Source: Syntrophobacteraceae bacterium CG2_30_61_12
GTDB taxonomy: Bacteria; Desulfobacterota; Syntrophobacteria; Syntrophobacterales; DSM-9756
Assembly (NCBI GenBank): GCA_001873705.1
Contig: MNZR01000016.1
Span: 1 to 51,071 of the forward strand
Direction: 5' to 3'
DNA length: 51,071 nucleotides
Shown here: positions 36,923 through 43,980 of the stretch, piece after piece
How the letters are laid out: every line of letters starts with the position of its first letter
Numbering within the stretch: position 1 is the first letter of the stretch
Made by a program: the position numbers and the translations under genes
Notes under the pieces: model-generated
What the model was told of the DNA's origin: nothing
The model's database searches: none
What the model saw: the letters and a program-made list of their open reading frames with translations, nothing else

Positions 36923-37333
36923 TCATTTGGAGCAGAGGTATTTGGGCAGCTCTCCGTTTTCCAGACTCCACTGGTAGCCTTTGCGGTTGGCCGCGTTGAA
37001 CAACAGCGGGCCGCGCACATGCGGCCGCAGGTTGCCGGTGGCACGATCGAAGGACACCAGGACCAGCAGCAGCAGGTCCTGGTCCTGCTGGATCCCGATC
37101 GGGGCCTGCTTGTCCGGGGGAACGGTGTAGTGGAGTCCCATCACTTCCGGGGGGCAGACCACAAAGGCCACCTCGGGTTGATCCACGGCTTGCAACCACT
37201 GAAATGGTCCTTCCCGGTGTTCCAGAAGTACAAACCGTTTGCTGGTTTCGAATCCGGGAAGACCCCAGGGAAATTCGATGAAGGTGTTCTCGGGCAGATC
37301 CAACGGCCCGAATCGGCTGGTTTGAACCTCCAT
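36923..37333 (-). CDS. fliW: Flagellar assembly factor FliW
   Basis: MEVQTSRFGPLDLPENTFIEFPWGLPGFE...FVLLEH...PFQWLQAVD. Confidence 0.9.
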   Translation of the reverse strand: MEVQTSRFGPLDLPENTFIEFPWGLPGFETSKRFVLLEHREGPFQWLQAVDQPEVAFVVCPPEVMGLHYTVPPDKQAPIGIQQDQDLLLLVLVSFDRATGNLRPHVRGPLLFNAANRKGYQWSLENGELPKYLCSK

Positions 37334-37338
37334 GGGCG

Positions 37339-37626
37339 CTACTCCTCTGCTCCACTCGTGGGATTTGGCTCCTCGTCATCATGCGCTGAGTTGATCCAGC
37401 CGCTCAGGAAGGATTCGAGGATGTGTTTCATGTCCTCTTCGCCCAGGCCGGACGCCGCCTGGTTTTCCTGCTGGATCTTCCGATACAATTCTTCACGATA
37501 GATGGGGATGTGACGCGGGCTGTTGATCCCCAATTTGACCTTGTTCTTGTCCACGGCGGACACCACCACCTCGATGTCGTCGCCGATCCTGATCGCTTCC
37601 CCCACCTTCCTTGATAGTATCAGCAT
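37339..37626 (-). CDS. csrA: Carbon storage regulator CsrA with extended acidic C-terminal tail (95 aa)
   Basis: [48 protein letters not shown], followed by ~45 extra residues ending [13 protein letters not shown]. Confidence 0.9.
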   Translation of the reverse strand: MLILSRKVGEAIRIGDDIEVVVSAVDKNKVKLGINSPRHIPIYREELYRKIQQENQAASGLGEEDMKHILESFLSGWINSAHDDEEPNPTSGAEE

Positions 37627-37710
37627 GGTTTCCACCCGGTTCGGTTGTCAGACTCGCGTCTGCAATTCACTCCAGCCAGCCCCTTGAATTCCCTTCGTAA
37701 CCGGCTGATG

Positions 37711-37941
37711 CTATACTATAATTTCGCGCTTGTCGATGCCGGTGAGCGGGCGCCGGCAAGGTTTCCCCGGCGGTTTGGCCGTAAACAGGCGGCAGCGAAG
37801 CGCCGAGGCGGCCGCCACCTCGAGGCAGGGATAATGTCGGGAGCGGATCCCGAAGGCTCGGCAGCCGTGGGGAAACTGGGGGTCCCAGGTGACCCGGTAG
37901 TGGGCGCAGCGCCGACAATGGATGGCAGGATCCCGGCTCAT
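37711..37941 (-). CDS. Small Cys-rich hypothetical protein (76 aa) upstream of csrA
   Basis: MSRDPAIHCRRCAHYRVTWDPQFPHGCRAFGIRSRHYPCLEV... has a CxxC...HGC...C pattern. GAGGGA lies 8 nt before the ATG at 37941. It competes with overlapping ORFs on both strands. Confidence 0.4.
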   Translation of the reverse strand: MSRDPAIHCRRCAHYRVTWDPQFPHGCRAFGIRSRHYPCLEVAAASALRCRLFTAKPPGKPCRRPLTGIDKREIIV

Positions 37942-38093
37942 GGTATTCCCTCGGTAAATGCAGTGGCCGTTCCCGGGACAAACCGGGAATGAACCGCAAA
38001 GACGCAAAGAACGCCAAGGTTCGCGAAGGATAAATCCGTGGGCGATGGTGCCTTGCTTGTCTTTGCGTCCTTAGCGCCTTCGCGGTGCACGCT

Positions 38094-38133
38094 TTCCAGG
38101 TCAGGGTGTGCGGAGCACTCCCTGACGATTCGC
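38094..38133 (+). repeat. Dispersed hairpin repeat, copy 1 (copy 2 at 50724-50764)
   Basis: TTCCAGGTCAGGGTGTGCGGAGCACTCCCTGACGATTCGC. A 26-nt block, GTGCGGAGCACTCCCTGACGATTCGC, is identical at both loci. Stem is GTCAGGG/CCCTGAC. Confidence 0.7.
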
Positions 38134-38270
38134 TGGATCGTTAGCGAGATTTGTGCCAGGCTCGACGATAGCCATGACAGCCGCTCCTGTTATGGCGCTT
38201 CAGGATGTGCACCGGGGGGGGATGTCCGGGTCGGCGTGGGTCGAACCTTGGGCAAGCGTCAAAGATTTGT

Positions 38271-38298
38271 TCAAGTCCATTGGTACCGCGGCCGATTA
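38271..38298 (+). promoter_or_regulatory. Sigma28-type promoter for flgM
   Basis: TCAAGTCC-N12-GCCGATTA, ~80 nt before the flgM ATG. Confidence 0.4.
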
Positions 38299-38379
38299 TC
38301 CAGGTGAAGATGGAAAAGGCACTCACGGCGAAGCACGCGGTGCTTCGCCAGGGATTGGCAATACAAACTCAGGTGAGCC

Positions 38380-38667
38380 ATGAAGATCGTGAAATCCCAA
38401 TATTATGCTGCGCAACAGGCGATCAACACCACGCTGCAGCCGCCCAGGCACGAGGCGGTGCAGACGGACAAACCGGTCGCGGAAACAACCGATCAGGTTG
38501 GGTTGTCGGAAAAGGCACGGTTCATGAGCCAGGTCAAGCAAACGCTGGTGCACGGCGACGAGGTTCGGGCGGATAAGGTCGAGTACTATCGAAACCTCAT
38601 CGAAAAAGGGGAATTCGTGGTCGATGCCGATCGGGTCGCCGCCAGGATGGTCGAAGAGTTGATCTGA
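38380..38667 (+). CDS. flgM: Anti-sigma-28 factor FlgM
   Basis: 95 aa. C-terminal VRADKVEYYRNLIEKGEFVVDADRVAARMVEEL matches the FlgM sigma28-binding region. Confidence 0.75.
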   Translation: MKIVKSQYYAAQQAINTTLQPPRHEAVQTDKPVAETTDQVGLSEKARFMSQVKQTLVHGDEVRADKVEYYRNLIEKGEFVVDADRVAARMVEELI

Positions 38668-38698
38668 CATCGAATAGCGATCCAGTAAAAACAAAAGA

Positions 38699-38744
38699 CG
38701 AAAAGCGAAAAGCGAATATCGAATATCGAATATCGAATATCGAA
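38699..38744 (+). repeat. Tandem heptamer array (CGAAAAG x2, CGAATAT x4.5), left arm of a composite inverted repeat
   Basis: Read directly. It begins ~30 nt after the flgM stop. Confidence 0.85.
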
Positions 38745-38894
38745 CCGCGGAAGTGATGAGCCGCCTTCGAGGTTTTGGGTGGCTCTTTTAGATCGCTGGC
38801 CTGCGTCGCACTCCGATGTCGGCATGTTTAGCGCGGCCATAAGCTGTGCTTAGGCGCGAGGCAGCAATAAAACATCCACCACAACCATTGGATC

Positions 38895-38972
38895 GTCATT
38901 CCCGCATGCTCTTAGCGGGAATCTAGAACTGAGTGCTGGCCTGGATTCCCCCTTAAACACCGCGGGAATGAC
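38895..38972. repeat. Double-hairpin palindromic element with ATTCCC/GGGAAT cores
   Basis: GTCATTCCCGC-atgctctta-GCGGGAATC ... GGATTCCCCC-ttaaacac-CGCGGGAATGAC. The outer 11-nt termini are perfect inverted repeats. Confidence 0.75.
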
Positions 38973-39079
38973 GGGGTAGTGTCAGGCAAAAAATCGTGAA
39001 CAAATAATTATTGCCCAGCGCCTTTCCGTCCTTTCGACCAGAGGGAGAAATCCCTAGATCCTCCGCATTCGCTCAGCCC

Positions 39080-39142
39080 ATTCTCTATTCTCTATTCGAT
39101 ATTCGATATTCGATATTCGCCTCGCGCCTTTGCCCTTTCGCC
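39080..39142 (-). repeat. Tandem heptamer array in inverse orientation (right arm)
   Basis: ATTCTCT x2, ATTCGAT x3, ATTCGCC, then CCTTTGC/CCTTTCG units. This approximates the reverse complement of 38699-38744. It ends 13 nt before the sigma54 promoter at 39155. Confidence 0.85.
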
Positions 39143-39154
39143 TAGGCGTTTCCC

Positions 39155-39170
39155 TGGTGCAATTATTGCT
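39155..39170 (+). promoter_or_regulatory. Sigma54 -24/-12 promoter candidate
   Basis: TGGTGC-AATTA-TTGCT with correct GG-N10-GC spacing. It lies inside the 5' end of the 39130 track ORF, which argues that the ORF start is spurious. Confidence 0.5.
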
Positions 39171-39357
39171 AGAGCATGACAGCGAATCGCCCGTGCACTG
39201 CTCCTGCCATACGGCAATGCGGCCGGGCCGGGCGATCTGCTGGGTGGATTTGTTGCGTTGGTCGGAAATGAAAGTCATTCGGTTTTCGGTCAGGCAGGAA
39301 AAATACGGAGAGTGTTCGTTTGGTTTGCAAACCCTGATTCGAAAGAGAGTTGAAGTG

Positions 39358-41883
39358 ATGGTTCGCGGATACCGGCAAGGATCACGAGGGCAAAGCATTG
39401 CCTGTGGGAGACTTGCGCGTCTCGGCGCCGGTCTTTTCGGGGTTGTCGCTCGGCCGGCGCCGGCTTTGGTCCTGCTGGTCCTGCTGGTGGCCGTGGCCGC
39501 TCCGACTGCCGGAGTGGCGGCAGCGGATACCGTGCTTGGCAGTGTGCGCTTCGGACTGCATCCCCGGCACACTCGTCTGGTTTTTGACGCGGAAGGTCCC
39601 GAACCCCGGCAAATCGATCGCGGTCATGCCGGCGAAACCCGCGTCCTGTTCGACCATTTGCGCACCGGCATCAAAACCAAGAACTACGGAAAAGCCAGCT
39701 CCCTCATTTCGAGGCTGCGGGTCGAGCAAGTGGAAAGCGGTTGGATGGCCGTGATTTCTCACCGTGCCAAGGATGTGCAGGTGAAAACCGAAATCCTGCC
39801 GGCGGACCCGCCCAAGCCGGGGGCCTATCGTCTGGTGCTGGATTTCTACCGGGGGCCGGCAGACTCAAGGATGGCAGCGCAAGCACCTGGCTCGAGGCCG
39901 CCGGGCAGCACCAGCCTGGCTGCGGTGGAAAAGCTGCAAACGGCATCGGTCCCAGCCGCCAACAGTGCGGCAGTGGCGGCTCCTCTGCCGTCGTCGGTCG
40001 CGGCGCCGGCCGCACCGCCTTTAAGCGAGCAGATCCCAGGGGAAGGCAAAGGTCAGGCGCTAGCGTCTTCGCTTGCCGTCGCTTTGCCTGGGGTTCCGCT
40101 GCCGGCGCCGGTCGAGACGGCAAACCCGGATGAGGGTCCCTATCGGGAGGCAAACGCCTATTTTGATGCCCATCAGAACGAACTCGCCGTGCACGGCACC
40201 GCCATTATCGACCGTTACAAGGCCGCCCTGACCGCTGCTCCCAATCATCCCGACCAGCCCTTGGCCCTGTATCGATGCGGGGTGCTCGCCGCCTCCATGG
40301 GTGGACTGATCATGGCGGAAGGCTACCTGCGCCGCCTGATTTCCGCCCATCCCGATCATCCCCTGGTCGGACCCGCCTGGCTGCGGATTGCCAAGGGCAA
40401 GCACCGGATGGGCCAATATGCCGAGGCCATCCGAGCGTTCCAGTCGGCCCTCAAGGGCAACCTCGATCCCGGACAGCGCCTCGAAGCCCAGTATTTTGTC
40501 GGAGCGGGCCTGACCATGGCCGGAGACCATCAGCAGGCGATTGCCGCACTGGAACAGTGCCTGGCCGAAGACCCCAAGTATTACCTGAAGCAACCGGAGA
40601 TCCTGCTGAACCTGGGGGAATCCTATTTTGCCGGTAAGGACTACGCGAACAGCATAAAGGTCCTGTTCCGGTATCTGAATCTGGGCGTGCCGGAACCCAA
40701 GAACCAGAATCTGGTGCTGGCGCGCCTGGCCGAAAGCCTGCAACAACAGGGCGAGTCGCGGTTGTCCGGGCGCCTCTACGGTTATGTTCAGAGCTACTTG
40801 CCCAATTCCGACGGCGATATCATTTCCCGAATCAGGGAAGCGGAGCGATTGGAACAAAAAGGCGGCATGGGATTGCAGTCGGCCCTTGCGGTTTACGAGG
40901 AACTGGCCCGGCGCAATCTTCCCGAAAACCTGATGCGTCTGATCAAATTCCGCCTGGCGTCCAATTACGGCCGGTTGGGGGAAACGGAAAAGGGCCTGCA
41001 CATCGTTCAGGAAGTCATGGATGCCAATCCGGGCAGCACCACGCTGGACGAATTTTATCCGCTGCAACGCGATCTGCTCAAGGACCTGATCAATAAGGCC
41101 TTTATCGCCGGCAATTACCTTGAAGTGGCCGCATTGGACCAAAACCATCACGATCTGTTGCACATGGAAACGGACCCGCAACTGGATCCGATAATCGCCC
41201 GCGGCTATGAACAACTGAAATTATATCCGAATGCCGTCAGCCTCTACCAGTCGCTGATCCGGGACGACCCGCGGCATCGTGATACCTGGAACCTGAAAGC
41301 GGCCGGATGCAGTCTGGAAATGCGCGACTTGAGCAGTGCCCTCGGCTATTGCGATGCCGTTCGGGATACGTCCCTGGACCGGGAAAAAACCGGCATCCTG
41401 GCCAGGGTCCATTTCGCCCGCCGCCAGTATGCCGAGGCTTCCACCCAGTTCGCCAAATTTTTCAAGGGCCAGAAGGACCTCGCCAAACTGGACTGGCAAA
41501 TGTTGATCGATTACGTCTCCTGCCTGATGGCCCTGGGGCGTCACCAGGAGGCACTGGTCTATCTGCAGAAGGCGAGCGAGCATCCGGCGGCGGGCGAAGG
41601 CCGGCATCACCTGGATCTGTGCCTGCTGTTGGGCCAGTGTTACGAAGCTCGGAACCTGCCCAAGGAGGCCCTGCCGTTTCTTGAAGAAGCGCTGCAATTG
41701 ATTCCGGAAAAGGACGCCAAGGATTATGTGATTTACAAGATCGCCAGGCTGCATAAGAGCATCGGTCAGATCGACCAGGCCAAGGACATGTTCACCCAAT
41801 TGCTGGGCTCGGGCCAGTCCCTATGGCAGGCGGTGGCTCGGGAAGAACTGAACGACATCACCATCGCGCGGGCGGCATTATGA
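39358..41883 (+). CDS. Secreted or membrane-anchored AMIN-domain plus TPR protein
   Basis: Hydrophobic N-terminus (LVLLVLLVAVAAPTAGVAA). AMIN-like block (VRFGLHPRHTRLVFDAEGP...YRLVLDFY). Pro/Ala-rich linker, then ~550 aa of TPR-like repeats. Start is uncertain (ATG at 39268 or 39358). Confidence 0.6.
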   Translation: MVRGYRQGSRGQSIACGRLARLGAGLFGVVARPAPALVLLVLLVAVAAPTAGVAAADTVLGSVRFGLHPRHTRLVFDAEGPEPRQIDRGHAGETRVLFDHLRTGIKTKNYGKASSLISRLRVEQVESGWMAVISHRAKDVQVKTEILPADPPKPGAYRLVLDFYRGPADSRMAAQAPGSRPPGSTSLAAVEKLQTASVPAANSAAVAAPLPSSVAAPAAPPLSEQIPGEGKGQALASSLAVALPGVPLPAPVETANPDEGPYREANAYFDAHQNELAVHGTAIIDRYKAALTAAPNHPDQPLALYRCGVLAASMGGLIMAEGYLRRLISAHPDHPLVGPAWLRIAKGKHRMGQYAEAIRAFQSALKGNLDPGQRLEAQYFVGAGLTMAGDHQQAIAALEQCLAEDPKYYLKQPEILLNLGESYFAGKDYANSIKVLFRYLNLGVPEPKNQNLVLARLAESLQQQGESRLSGRLYGYVQSYLPNSDGDIISRIREAERLEQKGGMGLQSALAVYEELARRNLPENLMRLIKFRLASNYGRLGETEKGLHIVQEVMDANPGSTTLDEFYPLQRDLLKDLINKAFIAGNYLEVAALDQNHHDLLHMETDPQLDPIIARGYEQLKLYPNAVSLYQSLIRDDPRHRDTWNLKAAGCSLEMRDLSSALGYCDAVRDTSLDREKTGILARVHFARRQYAEASTQFAKFFKGQKDLAKLDWQMLIDYVSCLMALGRHQEALVYLQKASEHPAAGEGRHHLDLCLLLGQCYEARNLPKEALPFLEEALQLIPEKDAKDYVIYKIARLHKSIGQIDQAKDMFTQLLGSGQSLWQAVAREELNDITIARAAL

Positions 41884-41928
41884 GAAAAACCGGGCGCGGG
41901 AATCCTCTGTAACGGTTTGTGGGGCGGT

Positions 41929-43296
41929 ATGGACGCGAGTGGCGAATCAGTGACCATCCTCTTTGTCAACACCCATGCGAACGAAATCGAAACCCTGGCG
42001 GCTCCGGTTAGGAGCCGGGGGTTTGCGACGGTTGCCGCGGATGGTCTGCCGGCGGGGCAGCGACTTCTGCAAGAGACCAGACCGGCCGTCGTTTTCCTGG
42101 AGATGAACGGGAACAAATCGCCGGTGCTGGACTTCCTTGCCCGGGTCGGGGCGCTCGCCGACCCGCCCCCGGTGATCGTGTTGGCTACCCAGGCACGGGC
42201 CGAGGATGCCACCGAGATCATGAGAAGCGGGGCCCACGATTTCTGGCTCAAGCCTGTCCCCGCCGAGCGCGTGCTCAAGACCGTGCAACTGCTCTGCGAC
42301 GATCAGGATTCGCCTGCCTGCCCCCGGCGCTTGGCGGAAGTCGACATCGTTACCCGCGACCCGGCCGTGGAACGGCTCAAGGCCGTCGCCCGGCAGGTGG
42401 CGCCTTCCGGGGCTACCGTCTTCATTCAGGGCGAAAGCGGTACCGGCAAGGAACTGTTCGCTCGTTATGTGCACTGGCACAGTCCGCGCCGGCACAAGCC
42501 CTTTATTGCCGTGAACTGCGCGGCGCTGCCGGACAATCTGCTGGAAAGCGAGCTGTTCGGCCATGAAAAGGGTGCTTTCACCGGAGCATCCCGCACCAAG
42601 AAGGGCAAATTCGAGCTGGCCCATGGGGGCACCATCCTGCTCGACGAGGTGACCGAAATCCCCATTCACCTCCAGGCCAAATTGCTCCGCGTATTGCAGG
42701 AAAACGAAGTGGACCGGGTCGGAGGACTCTACCCGGTGGCGGTCGATGTGCGGGTGTTGGCCACCAGTAACACGGCGGTGCTCGACGCGGTCCGAGCGGG
42801 TCGGTTTCGCGCCGATCTGTATTACCGTCTGAATGTCATCCCTTTGAAAATTCCACCGCTGCGCGGCCGTTCCGGGGACGTCGAGCTGTTGAGCGAACAT
42901 TTCATTCGCAAGTACGCCGCCGAAGCTCCCGGGCGTGACGAGGGGAAGGTATCCCTCGGCGCCGATGCCGCTCAGGTGCTGCGGGCCCATTGCTGGCCGG
43001 GAAACGTTCGTGAACTGGAAAACGTGATCCATCGGGCGGTGCTGTTGAGCCGCAACCGACAAATCGATCGTGATGCCCTCATTCTTGACGAGGCTCCGCC
43101 GGTCGGCGATTCCCGCGGCGGCCCAGTGGAACTCACCACGGTTGAGGAAATGGAACGACGTCTGATCCACACCGCGCTCGACCGCTACCAGGGCAATCGC
43201 ACGCGAGCCGCCGAAATCCTGGGGATCAGCGTGCGTACCCTGCGCAACAAATTGCAGAGCTATCGCGACACCGGGTTACTGGAAGCGGGCGTTTGA
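41929..43296 (+). CDS. Sigma54-dependent transcriptional activator (NtrC/FleQ class) with degenerate receiver domain
   Basis: AAA+ Walker A GESGTGKELFARYVH, sigma54-contact loop EKGAFTGA, C-terminal HTH AAEILGISVRTLRNKL. In the receiver, ILFVNTHANE replaces the acidic DD pocket and VVFLEMNG has E at the phospho-Asp position. Confidence 0.85.
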   Translation: MDASGESVTILFVNTHANEIETLAAPVRSRGFATVAADGLPAGQRLLQETRPAVVFLEMNGNKSPVLDFLARVGALADPPPVIVLATQARAEDATEIMRSGAHDFWLKPVPAERVLKTVQLLCDDQDSPACPRRLAEVDIVTRDPAVERLKAVARQVAPSGATVFIQGESGTGKELFARYVHWHSPRRHKPFIAVNCAALPDNLLESELFGHEKGAFTGASRTKKGKFELAHGGTILLDEVTEIPIHLQAKLLRVLQENEVDRVGGLYPVAVDVRVLATSNTAVLDAVRAGRFRADLYYRLNVIPLKIPPLRGRSGDVELLSEHFIRKYAAEAPGRDEGKVSLGADAAQVLRAHCWPGNVRELENVIHRAVLLSRNRQIDRDALILDEAPPVGDSRGGPVELTTVEEMERRLIHTALDRYQGNRTRAAEILGISVRTLRNKLQSYRDTGLLEAGV

Positions 43297-43300
43297 ACGA

Positions 43301-43314
43301 GTCAAAGCCTTGAC
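43301..43314. promoter_or_regulatory. 14-bp near-palindrome GTCAAAGCCTTGAC (possible activator box or weak terminator)
   Basis: GTCA-N6-TGAC lies immediately after the activator stop and ~215 bp upstream of the flgB sigma54 promoter. The half-sites resemble my recollection of the FleQ box GTCaNTAAAtTGAC. Confidence 0.25.
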
Positions 43315-43441
43315 TGCCGTGTTGGTCGGGCAGCGATGGTTGCCGCGCCGGCTCCCGCGGCCGCTAGCCTGATTCCGCCCAACCCACCTGGGCTACCCAT
43401 TGCTTCAATCTCCGAGCGGCATGCCCATCCATCCATCCCTC

Positions 43442-43487
43442 CCATCCCGTCAATCCCGTCCATCCTGTCCATCCCGTCCATCCCGTC
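43442..43487 (+). repeat. Tandem 9-bp repeat (CCATCCCGT x5, degenerate copies extend upstream to ~43425)
   Basis: CCATCCCGT CAATCCCGT CCATCCTGT CCATCCCGT CCATCCCGT, 40-100 bp upstream of the flgB -24 element. Confidence 0.85.
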
Positions 43488-43527
43488 TAAAATTTCCCCC
43501 ATTAGGGTCCCCGGCTCCCCCCGCCCA

Positions 43528-43543
43528 TGGTACGGAACTTGCT
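43528..43543 (+). promoter_or_regulatory. Sigma54 -24/-12 promoter for the flgB operon
   Basis: TGGTAC-GGAAC-TTGCT compared with consensus TGGCAC-N5-TTGCW. It lies 48 nt before the flgB ATG, and a sigma54 activator is encoded immediately upstream. Confidence 0.65.
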
Positions 43544-43590
43544 CCATCCGTCCATGAACCAGGACACAACCAGTCAGGAGGGCGCCAGTC

Positions 43591-43980
43591 ATGACCGTAA
43601 CCAACCCGATCGACCGCACCGTGCAATTGATGCGGGATCGCTTGAGCCTCGGCAGTCTCAATCATGAAGTGATCGCGGGCAATCTGGCGAACATGGATAC
43701 TCCGGGCTATCAAGCCAGGAAATTGACATTCGAGGAAAGCCTGCGCGACGTCATGGAAAATGGAGGCCTGCAAATGGTGGGCACCAATGGTCGGCACATC
43801 AACCCGACCGATGCGGGAGAGGCGATGCGCGCTCCCGAAGTGAGCGCGTCGGGACCGGTGGACCTGGATACGGAAATGACCAGGCTGGCCCAAAACAGCG
43901 TTGAGTACATGTACATGGTGACGCTGCTCGGCAAGAAGCTGTCGCTGTTGCGGACCGTCATTGACGAGGGAGGCAAATAA
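43591..43980 (+). CDS. flgB: Flagellar proximal rod protein FlgB
   Basis: VIAGNLANMDTPGYQARKLTFEE. CAGGAGGG lies before the ATG. Confidence 0.9.
   Translation: MTVTNPIDRTVQLMRDRLSLGSLNHEVIAGNLANMDTPGYQARKLTFEESLRDVMENGGLQMVGTNGRHINPTDAGEAMRAPEVSASGPVDLDTEMTRLAQNSVEYMYMVTLLGKKLSLLRTVIDEGGK

Noticed and set aside
37645-38017. Competing ORFs (37645..37992 on the plus strand; 37667..38017 on the minus strand) over the small Cys-rich gene.
   Set aside because: Neither has an RBS. The minus-strand frame starting at 37941 has GAGGGA at the proper distance and an ordered Cys/His pattern. Coding status of the whole region remains only moderately supported.
38699-39142. Possibility that the short tandem repeats form a CRISPR array.
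   Set aside because: The units are 7 bp and directly abutting, with no spacers. The two arrays are inverted relative to each other. No cas genes are present.
39130-39357. 5' extension of the 917-aa track ORF (start at 39130).
   Set aside because: The extension begins inside the right heptamer array and contains the sigma54 -24/-12 candidate at 39155-39170. The translated sequence is Cys/His/Arg-rich and unlike the rest of the protein. The hydrophobic signal-like segment follows the ATG at 39358.
38586-39572. Minus-strand ORFs 38586..38840 and 39054..39572 translating the heptamer arrays (FDIRYSIFDIR / NIEYRIENRE).
   Set aside because: The repeat-derived peptides are artefacts of translating tandem DNA repeats. 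The ORFs also overlap flgM and the AMIN-TPR gene respectively.
43336-43557. 73-aa ORF with PSIPSIPS repeats, plus overlapping ORFs at 43302..43661 and 43400..43594.
   Set aside because: The repetitive peptide is simply the translation of the 9-bp DNA tandem repeat in the flgB promoter region. The region also holds the sigma54 promoter.
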